Shown here: positions 47,859 to 59,800 of the stretch, in pieces
Position numbering within the stretch: the stretch's first letter is position 1
How the letters are laid out: each line of letters opens with the position of its first letter
Virus record (IMG/VR): IMGVR_UViG_3300040856_003054
Location: 1 to 64,000 of that record
Length of the DNA stretch: 64,000 bases
DNA from: a virus
Direction: 5' to 3' (one strand)
Program-made: the position numbers and the translations under genes
The notes under the pieces: generated by a model
What the model was told of the DNA's origin: nothing
Database searches by the model: none
Seen by the model: only the letters and a program-made list of their open reading frames with translations

Positions 47859-48548
47859 ATGTTACTTTATTCATATAAAGGAAAAGAACCTGCTCCTTTA
47901 CCAAATCGTATTCGCATGAAAGATGGATCTACAAAGACCTCATTGAATAAATTAAGCAAAAAAGAACTGGAATCTATTGGTTTTTTTGGTCCAATTTTAA
48001 AACCAGAGTATGATAAAGACACTCAAAGATTATATTGGAATGGAAATGAATATGAAATTTCTGACTTAACTAAAGAAGAACTTTCAATGAAAATAGAAAA
48101 TATTAATTATATTAATTTTTGGGAAAAATTTATTAAAACTAATTTTTTTCAAAAACTTCGTAGAGAATCATTAGAATCATCCTTTAAAAATATAATATAT
48201 ACGGAATTAATTTCTATTTTTTGTGAAGCAAGATTTGGAACTCCAAATATTAAAGAAATTCAAAAATATATAGATATTCTATTCTTTGTTTATGAATTTA
48301 CAGAAGAAGAAATTGAAGATCTAAAAAAAAATTTAAAAGAAACAAATTTGAGTTTTCAATATGAAATACCAAGTCAAGAATATATTCTATCAAATACTTA
48401 TAATGTAAGTTTAAATAAAATTATACCAATATCACCATTTCCTTCCTGGATTTTTATAAATGATAAGTGGGAAGCACCAATTCCTTATCCCAATGATGGA
48501 AAAATTTATAAATGGAAAGAAGAGTATAAAAGTTGGATAGAATTGTAA
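47859..48548 (+). CDS. Hypothetical fibre-associated protein
   Basis: LPNRIRMKDGS start; PFPSW..WEAPIPYP..YKW end. Confidence 0.7.
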   Translation: MLLYSYKGKEPAPLPNRIRMKDGSTKTSLNKLSKKELESIGFFGPILKPEYDKDTQRLYWNGNEYEISDLTKEELSMKIENINYINFWEKFIKTNFFQKLRRESLESSFKNIIYTELISIFCEARFGTPNIKEIQKYIDILFFVYEFTEEEIEDLKKNLKETNLSFQYEIPSQEYILSNTYNVSLNKIIPISPFPSWIFINDKWEAPIPYPNDGKIYKWKEEYKSWIEL

Positions 48549-48659
48549 ATAATTACCTTTTCTTTTTATTAGATATGCAAAATAAGTAAAATAATAAATT
48601 CTATCAGAACTTCATAGTTCTAAATACTTTCACGCTAACATTTATTCATATAGAGGACT

Positions 48660-49079
48660 ATGGCCCATTTTGCCCAGATTGATGAAAATAATGTAGTTAC
48701 TCAAGTTATCGTTGTGAGTAACGAAGATACTTCTGATTCTAATGGAGTAGAAGTAGAAGAAATCGGAGTTGCATTTTGTAAGAAACTCCTAGGTGCTGAT
48801 ACTCGCTGGAAGCAAACCTCATACAATAACAGTATTAGAGTTCGCTATGCTGGTATCGGTTATATCTTCTCAGAAGAACTCAATGCATTTATCCCACCAC
48901 AACCTTTTGCTTCGTGGATTCTAAATGAAGAAACTGCTGATTGGGAATCACCACTCGGAGCAGCACCAGAACTCACAGAAGCAGAGATTGAAGCTCGTTC
49001 ATTCTATAAGTGGGATGAAGAAAATCTGAAGTGGGTTCTAGAAACACCTCCAGCACCCGAAGAAGCACCTGCTGAATAA
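48660..49079 (+). CDS. MAHFA-family fibre-associated protein
   Basis: WKQTSYN..YAGIG..AFIPPQPFASW. Confidence 0.8.
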   Translation: MAHFAQIDENNVVTQVIVVSNEDTSDSNGVEVEEIGVAFCKKLLGADTRWKQTSYNNSIRVRYAGIGYIFSEELNAFIPPQPFASWILNEETADWESPLGAAPELTEAEIEARSFYKWDEENLKWVLETPPAPEEAPAE

Positions 49080-49085
49080 GAATCA

Positions 49086-49112
49086 AAAGGAGGTCTTAAA
49101 CCTCCTTTTTTA
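49086..49112 (+). terminator. Intrinsic terminator
   Basis: AAAAGGAGGT..ACCTCCTTTT plus T tract. Confidence 0.85.
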
Positions 49113-49138
49113 TTATCTAAATATTTAAAAAAAGACAA

Positions 49139-49474
49139 ATGGCAGCAGTCATAGCAGAAAACTTTGTAATGCAACAAGGAGAAGATTTCTTTAAGGATTT
49201 CGTTTTAACAAATCCGGATAAATCTTTAGTTGGAGTATCTTCATATACATCATCTGCATATATGGCAAAGTATGCAGGGGATACTACAACATATCCATTT
49301 ACCGTTGGTATTACAACAAGTACAAGCACCATTCGTATTTCAATGGCAAATACAGTGACTGCTGCTCTTGATTCTGGTAGATATTATTATAATGTCTTTA
49401 CTGTTGATGGTAGTTCTCAAAAAGTCAAACAAAGAGAGGGTAGTATCATTGTCAATGCGTCTGTTTTGAGTTAA
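49139..49474 (+). CDS. Virion structural protein
   Basis: QGEDF..GRYYY..EG. Confidence 0.7.
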   Translation: MAAVIAENFVMQQGEDFFKDFVLTNPDKSLVGVSSYTSSAYMAKYAGDTTTYPFTVGITTSTSTIRISMANTVTAALDSGRYYYNVFTVDGSSQKVKQREGSIIVNASVLS

Positions 49475-49761
49475 AATAAATATCTAAACAGTAGTTAAAT
49501 TATATAAGTGGCACTTAAGACACTTCAAAAACTGGCACACCAACCTTCCAGAACACCACTGGAAGGTTTTATAGTATCTGGAGACACACAAAGACCGATG
49601 AGGTACTCCACACTAGACAGATTGATTTTTGTCACATCCTTCGTCTGGATGATCCACTGGGGTGTTAAAGTATCCGAAGTGGCAATCAATGCTCTGATGT
49701 TGCCTTGACTCTACATAAAAGGACTTGATGATGCTTTCATTATACACCAGCGGGTACAACT

Positions 49762-50190
49762 ATGTACTCCCTTGACATCACTGGTTATGGTGCTCGTAAG
49801 AGACGCTGTGAGGACGCTGTAGCATGGTTCCTACAGAAATACCTACCCAGACATCATATCTACATTGAAATGCTTCACAGAGGTCTCCGTAGAGAGCAAT
49901 CCTATGGGTATTGTTCTGTGTCTGGTGCTATCTACAAACCAAGAGAGTTTCTGATTGAGATTGATCCTAAACTTGATCTTGAACTTTATACAAAAACAAT
50001 TCTACATGAAATGATTCACCTACGTCAATGGGTATCAGGAACACTCAAAGAGCGTAGGGGAAAGATGTACTACAAAGACATCAAGTGTGAGGATCTGGAT
50101 TACTGGGAACAACCTCATGAGATTGAAGCACATGGTCTTGAGGAATCCTATTACCACGACTACTTGACAGATACCCATCAATCCGTCTAG
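49762..50190 (+). CDS. HEXXH metallopeptidase-like protein
   Basis: TILHEMIHLRQW..PHEIEA. Confidence 0.8.
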   Translation: MYSLDITGYGARKRRCEDAVAWFLQKYLPRHHIYIEMLHRGLRREQSYGYCSVSGAIYKPREFLIEIDPKLDLELYTKTILHEMIHLRQWVSGTLKERRGKMYYKDIKCEDLDYWEQPHEIEAHGLEESYYHDYLTDTHQSV

Positions 50191-50249
50191 AATCACCTTT
50201 GTGAGGGTTGATAGAAAAGCTTTAAGAACCTTTAAGACACTTTAAAACA

Positions 50250-51861
50250 ATGATGAAGACCAAGAAACAACTGATTAATGTTCAACCCAAGAGTTCCAAG
50301 GCACGCAATAGGTTCATCAACCAAATGGATTCTCTTCACGCAATGGAAGTGGAGCAGGAAACTGATAGTCAACTCTTTGTCGTTTCTATCAATAAGAAGT
50401 ACTGTTTCTGGTTGAATAAGGAGAATGATTCTAACTGGGAAATTATCAAATAGATAGTATGATTGGATTACTTGCCACAACTATTATCAGTTGCAGTGAT
50501 GCTGTAAGAATTATCAACCGAATTTCAAATGTAATTGGTCTTTCTTATCAACAAAAAATTGAACTGATTCAAGTTATCAATCAACATATTCCAACTTGTC
50601 CCATTAAAATTATTTCTGATGAAAGACCAGAATCCAGTACCTGATAACGAATCCAAAGATGTAAAGTGGAATCGTGGATTGGACCTTTTTATAGAATCAG
50701 TTCATAAACCTGATAGTGAGCTTCGCCAAGCAGCCCACGACCAACGCTGTTACAATGAACTCCTAGAAGTTCGTGGCACAGTGCTAGAGTACCTTCATAC
50801 ATTAAGAAGGTATGAGTGGCAATGACAACGCAATACATTTACCTGATTATATTTTTTTGTATAGGATATTTGATTGTTACTGATGCGTCAGTTGCTAAAG
50901 GTTTTTATTTACTCATACAAGTCTTAAAGATTCAGTATGAGAAATACAGATGGATTATTATACATCATCCAAAGACACCTTGGGCGCGTTATTCAATGCA
51001 TCGACGTTCTATGAAACTTGCAGAAGAACTGATGAAAGAACTTGAGGACAGACAATAAACTGTCACAACACCACTTGATTTTCTTGTCAAGTGCTCTTAT
51101 AGTATAAACATTGAAACACCTTTAAAAATGTCTTATTCTGCTGAAGTCAAATTTTCTTTTGACGCTACTTGGACACCATCTTATAGTTCTTCATTTAATG
51201 ATGAGGATTTTATTCCCGAAGAACACTATCTGATTACTGCACCTGCTGCGGATTTGAACGCAAAGCAGTATTTCAAACTGTTTGAGAAGTTCATGCTCTG
51301 TGTGGGTATGAATCCTGCCAGTATTCGTAGTGGTGCAATGTCTCTGGTGTTTAATGATTGGACCAGTGAAGAAGAACAACGCAAGGTTTGTAAGGAATAT
51401 GAACTGACGATGGATGAAGACCTTGATAAGAAGTTTGAAGAATGGAAAGTGCGTGAAGAAGAGATTGCTCGTCTTCAAAAGATTACTGAGGAAACGATTG
51501 CTAAACACTATCAACAATCAGAACCAAAAGTTAAAGGTGATTGGGAATATACTGATGAAGAAGTGAAGCAAATGAACATGGAGAGTGGACAATGAAACTG
51601 ATTTCCTTTAAGCATCGTGAGGATTATGGTGATGAGTGGTATGTTCAAATCCTTCATAACAAACGCTGGGCACTACTTCAAGCATCAGTTTCTTGGAATG
51701 AATTTGCTGCTTGGCCTTATATTCAATTAAAATCAGGTAATGGCAGTCTATTGAATCTTATGTTCTGGGCTTATAAGTTTGGATTTGATATTGATGTTTT
51801 TTCTAGGACCTGGAACTTTGAATACCTTAATGAACTTGATGAGGAAGAAGAAACTAAATAG
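50250..51861 (+). other. Cluster of small hypothetical early genes (50250, 50459, 50619, 50816, 51128, 51592)
   Basis: Tightly packed co-oriented ORFs. Confidence 0.7.
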
Positions 51862-51956
51862 AAGTGCCTTAACTGACCGCAATCTGTAAGGTGGGAGGAG
51901 AGAAATCTCCTCCTTTGTAATATAAATACTAATGCGGTTAGTTTAAGAGTAGAACT
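51854..51956 (+). ncRNA. Endonuclease-associated sRNA/leader cassette 2
   Basis: TAAATA; arm 51868-51881 complementary to 51933-51947; GGAGGAGA-GAAA-TCTCCTCC; TATAAATA at 51921. Confidence 0.7.
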
Positions 51957-52853
51957 ATGGTAAATCCATATAGATTTTATACCTATGCCTATTTGCGTGA
52001 GGATAGAACTCCTTACTATGTTGGTAAGGGCACTGGAAAGAGAATATATTCAAAAGAAAAAAATATAAATCTCCCCAAAGATAAATCAAGAATAATCTTC
52101 CTCAAACAAAATATAACAGAAAAAGAAGCATTTAAGCACGAAATCTATATGATTGCCGTGTTTGGTAGAAAAGATTTAGGAACTGGTATTCTTTATAATA
52201 GAACTAATGGTGGTGATGGAATAAGTGGATTTAAACATAGTCAAAAATCTAAAAATGAAATGAGTGAAAAAAGAAGAGGTAAAAATAATGCATTTTATGG
52301 TAAAAAACATTTACCAGAAACAATAAAAAGATTAAGTGAAAATAAGAAAGGAAAATATGTTGGAGATAAAAATCCTTTGTTTGGTAAAAAACATTCACAA
52401 GAAACAAGAAATAAAATAAGTGAAGCAAATGCTGGAAAATATGTTGGAGATAAAAATCCTTTTTATGAAAAAAATCACTCACAAGAAACAAAAGATAAAA
52501 TAAGTAGAGCAAATAAAGGAAGAGTTCTATCTATTGAACTAAGAAATGAAATGAGTAAAAGAGTAAAAGGTGAGAATAATCCTATGTTTGGAAAAAATCA
52601 CTCACAAGAAACAAAAGATAAAATAAGTAAAGTAAGTAAAGGAAAAACTTGCTCCGATGAAATAAAACAAAAAATATCTTCCACACATAATAAACTTCTG
52701 CGTTTTATATCACCGACTGGAGAAGTTATAGAGGAATTCACTACAATTACTAAATTTTGTAAAAAATATAATTTACATAAATCCAATTTGATTAAATTGA
52801 TGAAAGGAAAAAGTAAAACTTGTAAAGGATGGACACTTTACAAACTGGAATAG
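51957..52853 (+). CDS. GIY-YIG-like endonuclease, YTYAYLRED subfamily, with NUMOD3 repeats
   Basis: YTYAYLREDRTPYYVGKG..LYNRTNGGDG; repeated NP.FGK.HSQET..KIS. Confidence 0.88.
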   Translation: MVNPYRFYTYAYLREDRTPYYVGKGTGKRIYSKEKNINLPKDKSRIIFLKQNITEKEAFKHEIYMIAVFGRKDLGTGILYNRTNGGDGISGFKHSQKSKNEMSEKRRGKNNAFYGKKHLPETIKRLSENKKGKYVGDKNPLFGKKHSQETRNKISEANAGKYVGDKNPFYEKNHSQETKDKISRANKGRVLSIELRNEMSKRVKGENNPMFGKNHSQETKDKISKVSKGKTCSDEIKQKISSTHNKLLRFISPTGEVIEEFTTITKFCKKYNLHKSNLIKLMKGKSKTCKGWTLYKLE

Positions 52854-52914
52854 GACACACCAAAATCTTGTATGAATGTCCTATAATGACTTCATATACA
52901 ACAAAACCAATCCT

Positions 52915-53184
52915 ATGAGATTTAGAAACATAGAATTTAGATGGAGTAAATGCAACAACAAGTATGAACTCGTCAAGTGGAATACTCCAACAGAAGATAG
53001 TTTCTTCAAAGATCCAACTTGTTATGTGATTGCCTTCTTTGATAAAGACAAAGAGGGTTATAATATGAGAACTATATCTTCAAGATTTTTTGAAGATAAA
53101 GATGCATTCGTAGTGGGAAAATACGCAATTGAGTTTCTCAACGAAACTTTTGAAATTGAAAGACAAGAAGAAGAACTTAAATAA
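52915..53184 (+). CDS. Hypothetical protein
   Basis: MRFRNIEFRW; follows an early promoter. Confidence 0.7.
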   Translation: MRFRNIEFRWSKCNNKYELVKWNTPTEDSFFKDPTCYVIAFFDKDKEGYNMRTISSRFFEDKDAFVVGKYAIEFLNETFEIERQEEELK

Positions 53185-53285
53185 ATAAAGATGCTTATGT
53201 GTGTCGCAACCAGAAGCAAAGATGGGGTGCTTTCGGGCACCTTTTCTTGTATAAATAGTATTGCGACACAACATAAAGCAGAACT
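53181..53285 (+). ncRNA. Endonuclease-associated sRNA/leader cassette 3
   Basis: TAAATA; arm 53192-53209 complementary to 53261-53280; GGTGCT-TTCG-GGCACC terminator; TATAAATA at 53250. Confidence 0.7.
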
Positions 53286-54014
53286 ATGGAACTCAAAGAG
53301 TATCATTATGTCTATTATTCCTATGAGGAATATGGTAGAGGATATTTTGGTAGTAGAACTTGTAAATGCCTACCAGAAGAAGATATAAAGTATTTTGGTT
53401 CTTTTAGTGATAAGACATTCAAACCAACTCAAAAAATAATACTCAAAAGTGATTATGCTACAAGAGAAGAGGCATATGCCGATGAGATTATTTTACAACA
53501 ATACTACAAAGTAGTGGAAAATCCACACTTTGCTAATAGAGCATATCAAACTTCTTCAAAATTTCATAATGGAATGACGACAGAAAAAGCAAAAGAATTG
53601 GGAAATAAGACAAAAGAACTTGGTGTAGGTATTCATTCACTTACTTACGAACAAAGGAGTGAATATGGTAAAAAATCAACCGAAATAGCAAAAAAACTTG
53701 GTGTTGGACTTTATGGTTTTACAAAAGAACAAAGAAGTGAAAATGGTAAAAAATCAAAAGAACTTGGTGTTGGTATTTTTTCTTATACAAAAAAACAATT
53801 GAGTGAAAATGGGTTTAATGGTGGAAAAAAAGCATATGAAATGAAAGTTGGGGTTCACGCACTTACCAGAGAACAAATGAGTGAAAATTCTAAGAAAGTT
53901 GCCTCGCAAAAATGGAAATGTCTTGAAACTGGTTTCATTTCTAATGCTGGGGGACTTGCTTGTTATCAAAGAAAAAGAGGAATAGACACCTCCAAAAGAA
54001 TAAGATTATCATAA
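53286..54014 (+). CDS. GIY-YIG endonuclease, YVYYSYE subfamily, with four C-terminal repeats
   Basis: YVYYSYEEYGRGYFGSR..YFGS; LGVG..T.EQ.SE repeats. Confidence 0.85.
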   Translation: MELKEYHYVYYSYEEYGRGYFGSRTCKCLPEEDIKYFGSFSDKTFKPTQKIILKSDYATREEAYADEIILQQYYKVVENPHFANRAYQTSSKFHNGMTTEKAKELGNKTKELGVGIHSLTYEQRSEYGKKSTEIAKKLGVGLYGFTKEQRSENGKKSKELGVGIFSYTKKQLSENGFNGGKKAYEMKVGVHALTREQMSENSKKVASQKWKCLETGFISNAGGLACYQRKRGIDTSKRIRLS

Positions 54015-54092
54015 GACACTTGGGAAACTGGCACAAGGGCATCTCCACAGGTGCCCTTTTTGGTCTATAATGACTTCATAAGAAACAAACCG

Positions 54093-56108
54093 ATGATTGA
54101 AATCACATTTACAAGAGAAGAACTCCGTCATCTTTATGATGTTCTTCTTAGAAATAATCTTCAAGTCAAGCAATCAGTAATGAATAAAATTGATGAAGAA
54201 CTTATTGCCGATGAAATCTATGAACTTCTTGGTGATCTTGAGTGTTTGGATCCTACTCTTGATGAGGAATGGCAGAACAAACTATGGTATGATGACCCAG
54301 AAGATGAGCACACTATTGCTGTGAAACGAAACCGTGACCTGTGGAATCGTCAAACGATTGCTGAGCTCAAAACTCTTATTGGTAAACTTGAAGAAAAATG
54401 AACTACCTCTGCCTTGTTGATGGTCTTGTAGAATACGCCAGCACTTCTGAAAGTTCCTTTGCTCATTACCAACTGATGTATGCCGAAGAACACCAAGATG
54501 CTGATGTTCAGTATCTCACACTGACTGATGAAGAGTATGATGCCATGTTCCCTGTGGAGGATGAAGAATGACTAACTGGAAAAAACTTATTCAACTAGAA
54601 ATGAATAGTTTTGATGAAACCTTTGATGATGTTGTGAGTTCTACTCTTACAAAAGAAGAACTCCTTGAAAATTTTGATGATGGTTATGGAGGAAGTGAAG
54701 GAGTTTCATTTACTCTTTGGACTACTAATCGTGTTTATTTCCCTGCGGTCTATGATGGTGCTGAATGGGTAGAAAGTGTATCACGCAATCCTGACGGAAA
54801 ACCAACACCTCATATTGGAGGACAATAAAAATGAAACTCTTTCAATACGATAAAAAAGTTTGGGAAAATGGTGAAACTGACCGCACTTGGCAGTTTGGCA
54901 TCTTCAACAATCGTTCATTACTTTGGGTGAATTATGAAAATCCCAGTAGTTTAGTTCATAGTAATGGTGGATTTCACATCATGCTCTCATTTTTTACTTC
55001 TTCTTCTCTTTTTGGAGTAGATTTTCAAGTTGGTAAATTTGGTTTAAGTTTTCATTTCTTTACTGAATACTGTTGAGGAGTGGGATGAATGAAAGTTTAT
55101 GATTACCGAATTGTAGAGAAACTTAATGTGGATACTATGAAACCTTATTTCATAATTCAAAAATACAATCTTCTTACACAAGAATATAACCTCCACTCAA
55201 ATGCACGTATTCAAACACTTGAAGAAGCACAAGAAGCAATACGACTAATCAGGAAATACAAAGAACCTATCTATCATTATGTGAAATGACTAACACCGCA
55301 TACCAAATCTGGGAAGCATTCAAAGCAGAACTTACACAACCAGCAACAGATGATATGAAAGAAGCACTGGCATCTTCTATTCGTACTCTTGCAGAATTTG
55401 AAGACATCAAACCAGTTTCTGTTGGACCTTGTGATGATACTTATGGTAGATGGGATAGAATAGAAACTATATCTCAGCAAGATTATAACTACGAAAAAGC
55501 ATTAACAATAAAAAAATCACAAGTATCTACTTACAGAAAAATTCTTAGTATTGCTGATGAACTTGAAAACCTAAACACTTTGGAGATTAACTAATGAAAT
55601 TTAATTATTATACAGAAGTTTTAAAAAATACATACTGTGAAGAATATAATTTTCACTTCATTTTAACCGAAGATGAAATTAGAAGGAATCTTCATACACG
55701 AGGACTTACTCTTAATTCTATATATGGTTTATTTCCACCAGATTCTCCTGATGATTATAGAATGAGAGCATCCATAGAAATTATTAGGGACTCTCTTTAT
55801 GGTGAGAATGTTGATTTAGGTATTGACTATAAGAAGAAGTATGAGGAACTTGTAGAACTTCTTGAACCATGTAAAATTGATGATATGCCCCCAAAAACAA
55901 CATTAAAAATGATTCTAAAATATAACAAATGAGTTATCGTTGGTTAAAAACAGAAGACCTAGAAAATGCTATTAGGCATCAAAACATTATTAATTCCAGA
56001 GTGAAACGAGGAGAGATTGAACAACCGACAGAATATTCTTATGTTGTGTGTGGTTGTGGTGATCCAGGATGTGGATTTATGAGTATTCATACAAAAGACA
56101 ATCCTTGA
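54093..56108 (+). other. Cluster of small hypothetical early genes (54093, 54398, 54568, 54831, 55089, 55286, 55594, 55929)
   Basis: Overlapping start/stop codons. Confidence 0.7.
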
Positions 56109-56175
56109 ACTGCCCACTGACCTCCCAAAGGTCGGTGATTTTCCTGTATAATGATTTCATACACAAATAACCCAA

Positions 56176-56667
56176 ATGAAGCACAAACTTCTCCAGAACA
56201 TCACTGAATATCGCAACTGGGCATGGTATGTCTATCAGTATTGGTATAACCATAAAAGTACCTTAACTCTATCAATTCTTGCGACTGATAAGGATCGTGA
56301 TGTTCGTTGTTGGGTTGCAAAACACCCAAACACAACAACAGAAACTTTAACAGTTCTTGTGACTGATGAGTATTGGGATGTTCGTTATTGGGTTGCACAA
56401 CACCCAAACACATCACAAGAAACTCTAGCAATTCTTGTGACTGATGAGGATTGGGTTGTTCGTTGTGCGGTTGCACAACACCCAAACACATCACAAGAAT
56501 CTCTAGCAGTCCTTGCGACTGATAAGTATCCTGTTGTTCGTATTTGGGTTGCACAACACCCAAACACATCACAAGAAACTCTAGCAATTCTTGCGACTGA
56601 TATGGATTCTGTTGTTCGTCGTTGTGTTGCAAAACTCCCACCCACATCACAAGAAACAGACTCTTGA
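56176..56667 (+). CDS. HEAT/LRV-like repeat protein
   Basis: Five 26-aa (78-bp) repeats LATD....VR..VA.HPNTS.ETL. Confidence 0.85.
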   Translation: MKHKLLQNITEYRNWAWYVYQYWYNHKSTLTLSILATDKDRDVRCWVAKHPNTTTETLTVLVTDEYWDVRYWVAQHPNTSQETLAILVTDEDWVVRCAVAQHPNTSQESLAVLATDKYPVVRIWVAQHPNTSQETLAILATDMDSVVRRCVAKLPPTSQETDS

Positions 56668-56825
56668 ACTGAATATGAAACAGTATGATGTCCCGAAGAA
56701 ACTCATTGAGTCTTCACAAGATGAGTCTCTTAAGGGTATTATGTGACACCTAAAGAACCGACCACTGACCTCCCAAAGGTCGGTGATTTTGTCGTATAAT
56801 ACTCTCATACACACAAACAACCCAA

Positions 56826-59800
56826 ATGACTTCCAAAATTCCTGCTTGTAAGAATTGTAAGCATTTTCAAGAAAGTCCTGATGAGATTTTCAGCACTTGT
56901 GCCCTTTATCAGTATGAGAAGGTTGATTACTTCAACGGCAAAGTGAGTGAGTATAATTGTCTTGCTCTTGCTATGAGGGACAGTGAAGACCATTGTGGTC
57001 GTGAAGGTAAGGACTTTGAGATGAAAGAGTTTGTAGAAGAGGAAGAAGATATTTCCTTCTGGGAATACTTCAAAGGATTTTTCACAAAGAGTTGGATGTT
57101 TTGATTATGACTGTTGCTGAAATCATTGAGAAACTCCATCAGTATCCACCTGATATGAGAGTTGAAATTACTGATGGATATAAGCTTCATTTCTATAGAG
57201 GTGATTTTGCTTTTCAACTCTTTGAGGGTGATGATGGAGAAACTTTTGTAGATATTGGTATTGGAGGATTTGATTATGACTGAACAACAAGAAACATTTC
57301 TCATTAACAAACTCAAAGAAATTGCAGGTCAAAAAACTTGCTATGAGATGTATGGAGACTTTTATGATGCTGTTCCACAAGCATCAACAAGAATTTTTAC
57401 TGATGGAATTGATTATGGTAAAATCAATCTTTGTAGAGAACTTTTGAAAGATTTGGGTGATGATTGACTTTCTCAAAGGATACCTATCCGTCATTATACT
57501 ATCTCTACTGATAGGCAAAGCAATTGTTCTTTCCACACCACCAGAATCTAAAGTTCATAATTGTATTCCAGCACAAAAAACTATTGTAAAATGACTAACG
57601 AAAAAATACTTGAACTTGCTGATGAATTGGAGGCACTCTAAATGAAAAACCTTGCTAACACTATTTTTATTTTAGTTTGGGTTACGGGTATGGTATTATC
57701 TCCCAATCTTCTTCTTAAAGGTGTCGCATTCTTTTTCCCACCATATTCACTTTGTGTTGTGGTTGAAAGAGTGATTACAACTTATGCTCCAGAACTTCTC
57801 AAATAATATATGAATAACCAAGAAGCAACAGCATCATTAGTTGCTACATTTTTTGCTATACTTTGTCTTGTTAGTTCTGCCTTTGGACTTCTCAATATGG
57901 GTTCTTATTTTGGAGCAAAAGAAGCAAAAAATCAAACCACAATTGAATGTATAGAAACACCTGAAAAATGTAAGCAAAGGTATGAGTATCTTAAACTTCG
58001 TGAAAAACTTGGAGAAAACTGATGAACTGGATGTGATGTTTAATGCTGGATGGGATGAATGTCTCAAAGAGATTGATGCTATTTGTGATGAATTGGAGGA
58101 ACTATGAAAGAACAAGCACAAATAATAAGAGAAGTAGCACGACAAGCACTTTACAGCACTCCTAACGACCAAGAGTGTGAAGTCCCCATTATGGTTGCTA
58201 CTCTTAAAAATCTTCGTGAGCAACTTACCCTCCCATACGGTGCTAGTGTTTGGAAGGATGAAAAAGGTATGTGGTATGATGCTGGACGAAAAGATTGCCT
58301 AAAAGAAATTGATGGTATTATTGATGAATTGGAGGCACTAAAATGACAAAACTCTACAATCGTCCTATGAACTTCTTTGAGAAACTTCATAGTGGTTGGT
58401 GGTGGATTGGGCAAATTTTTGGGGAATGGTGTTATACTATGTTTGACAAAAATGGAGAAGAGTTTGGAGGTTTCTTCTTTTATCTTCAAAGTGATTATGT
58501 TGCTTATGAACAGGATATGTATTACCAGGACACTTTCTAAACTGGTACAAGACCTCACCACAAACCCTGTGAGTGCCTTATAATACTCTTATACACACAG
58601 AAACCTGATGACTGAACTTACTCCCGAAGCACAAACAGTTGTGGATGCTTATGAGCAAACTACTGATAAGTATGCTGCTCTTGCTGCTGTTCTTTGTGCT
58701 GCTATTGATATTGTAGTTCCTGAAGAAGCAGAGGCACCGAAGGCACAGTTTGATTGTCCTCCCCATAAGTTATACAGTTTTAGAAAAGATGAGGAAAGGT
58801 GGGGATATGACCATAAAGACTATTTGAGGAGGCAATTTGCTCAAAACAAACTGGATATTCGTTGGGAACAACGGCAACAAACTCGTGCTTTGATGCTTGC
58901 TATTATTACTGAACTTGAGATTAAGTGAATGACTAATGACTGACGCAGCATACAAAGTTTGGGAAGCATTCAAGGCAGAATTGATTGTAGAACCCACAGA
59001 TGATATGAAAGAAGCACTAGCATCTTCTATTCGTGAGGTTGTTATTGAAGTAATACTTAAGTATATGCAGTATGCCGAATGGGAAATAGTCAATAAAATT
59101 ATGGAAGATATTAATGAACTTGCTGATGAATTGGAGGCACTATGAAATTTGACCCAGATTGGATACTTTTGACTATCCCTGTTTGTGTAATCGTTGCTGC
59201 TGGTGTTCTCACCTATGATGCTCAACAACAACGAGTAACATTCCAACAAACATACAACAAGAACCTGGAGTGTCGTCAATCACTCAAAGGACAAACGATG
59301 GCAAGAGTGAATGAAATTTGTGGTCCTGTTCCACAAATCAAAGATTTTACTGGGGGAAACTGAAATGTGTAAGGTTGAATTGGATGAACTTATTTGTTTT
59401 ATTGTTATTCCATTCACTTTTATGGGTATGATGGCATTTGCTAGCTGGCAAGGATACAAAAAAGGAATGAATGAAACTCTTATTTTGTGTGTAGAAAATC
59501 CCCAACAGTGTAAAACAATTTATGATCATTTGAAGTTGGAGAAAACTGATGTACGATAATGATAATGGTAAAAGCACTTTTATACTATTTCTTATTTTAG
59601 TCCCTGTAGTCGGTATATTTCTTGTGGGTTCGTCACTAGGTTATGATAATGGTAAGAATACTACCATTAAGTATTGTATTGAGCAACCCAAAGAATGTAA
59701 AACCACTTATGATTATCTAAAACTTCAGGAGAACCAGAAATGAAAGGATGGAAAGACATCTCACAAGAATTAATGGGAGCATACTACACAGACATTGATG

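Noticed and set aside
49508-49597. GTG-started extension of a small ORF
   Set aside because: Spans an early promoter element; the likely start is ATG 49598.
53191-53388. ORF across cassette 3, and the 60964 extension in cassette 4
   Set aside because: Not conserved in the other cassettes; nuclease starts align at GYAGAAYT-ATG.
56270-56660. 78-bp repeats as a CRISPR array or DGR template/variable pair
   Set aside because: They are in-frame protein repeats with no unique spacers; no cas or reverse transcriptase gene is in the window.
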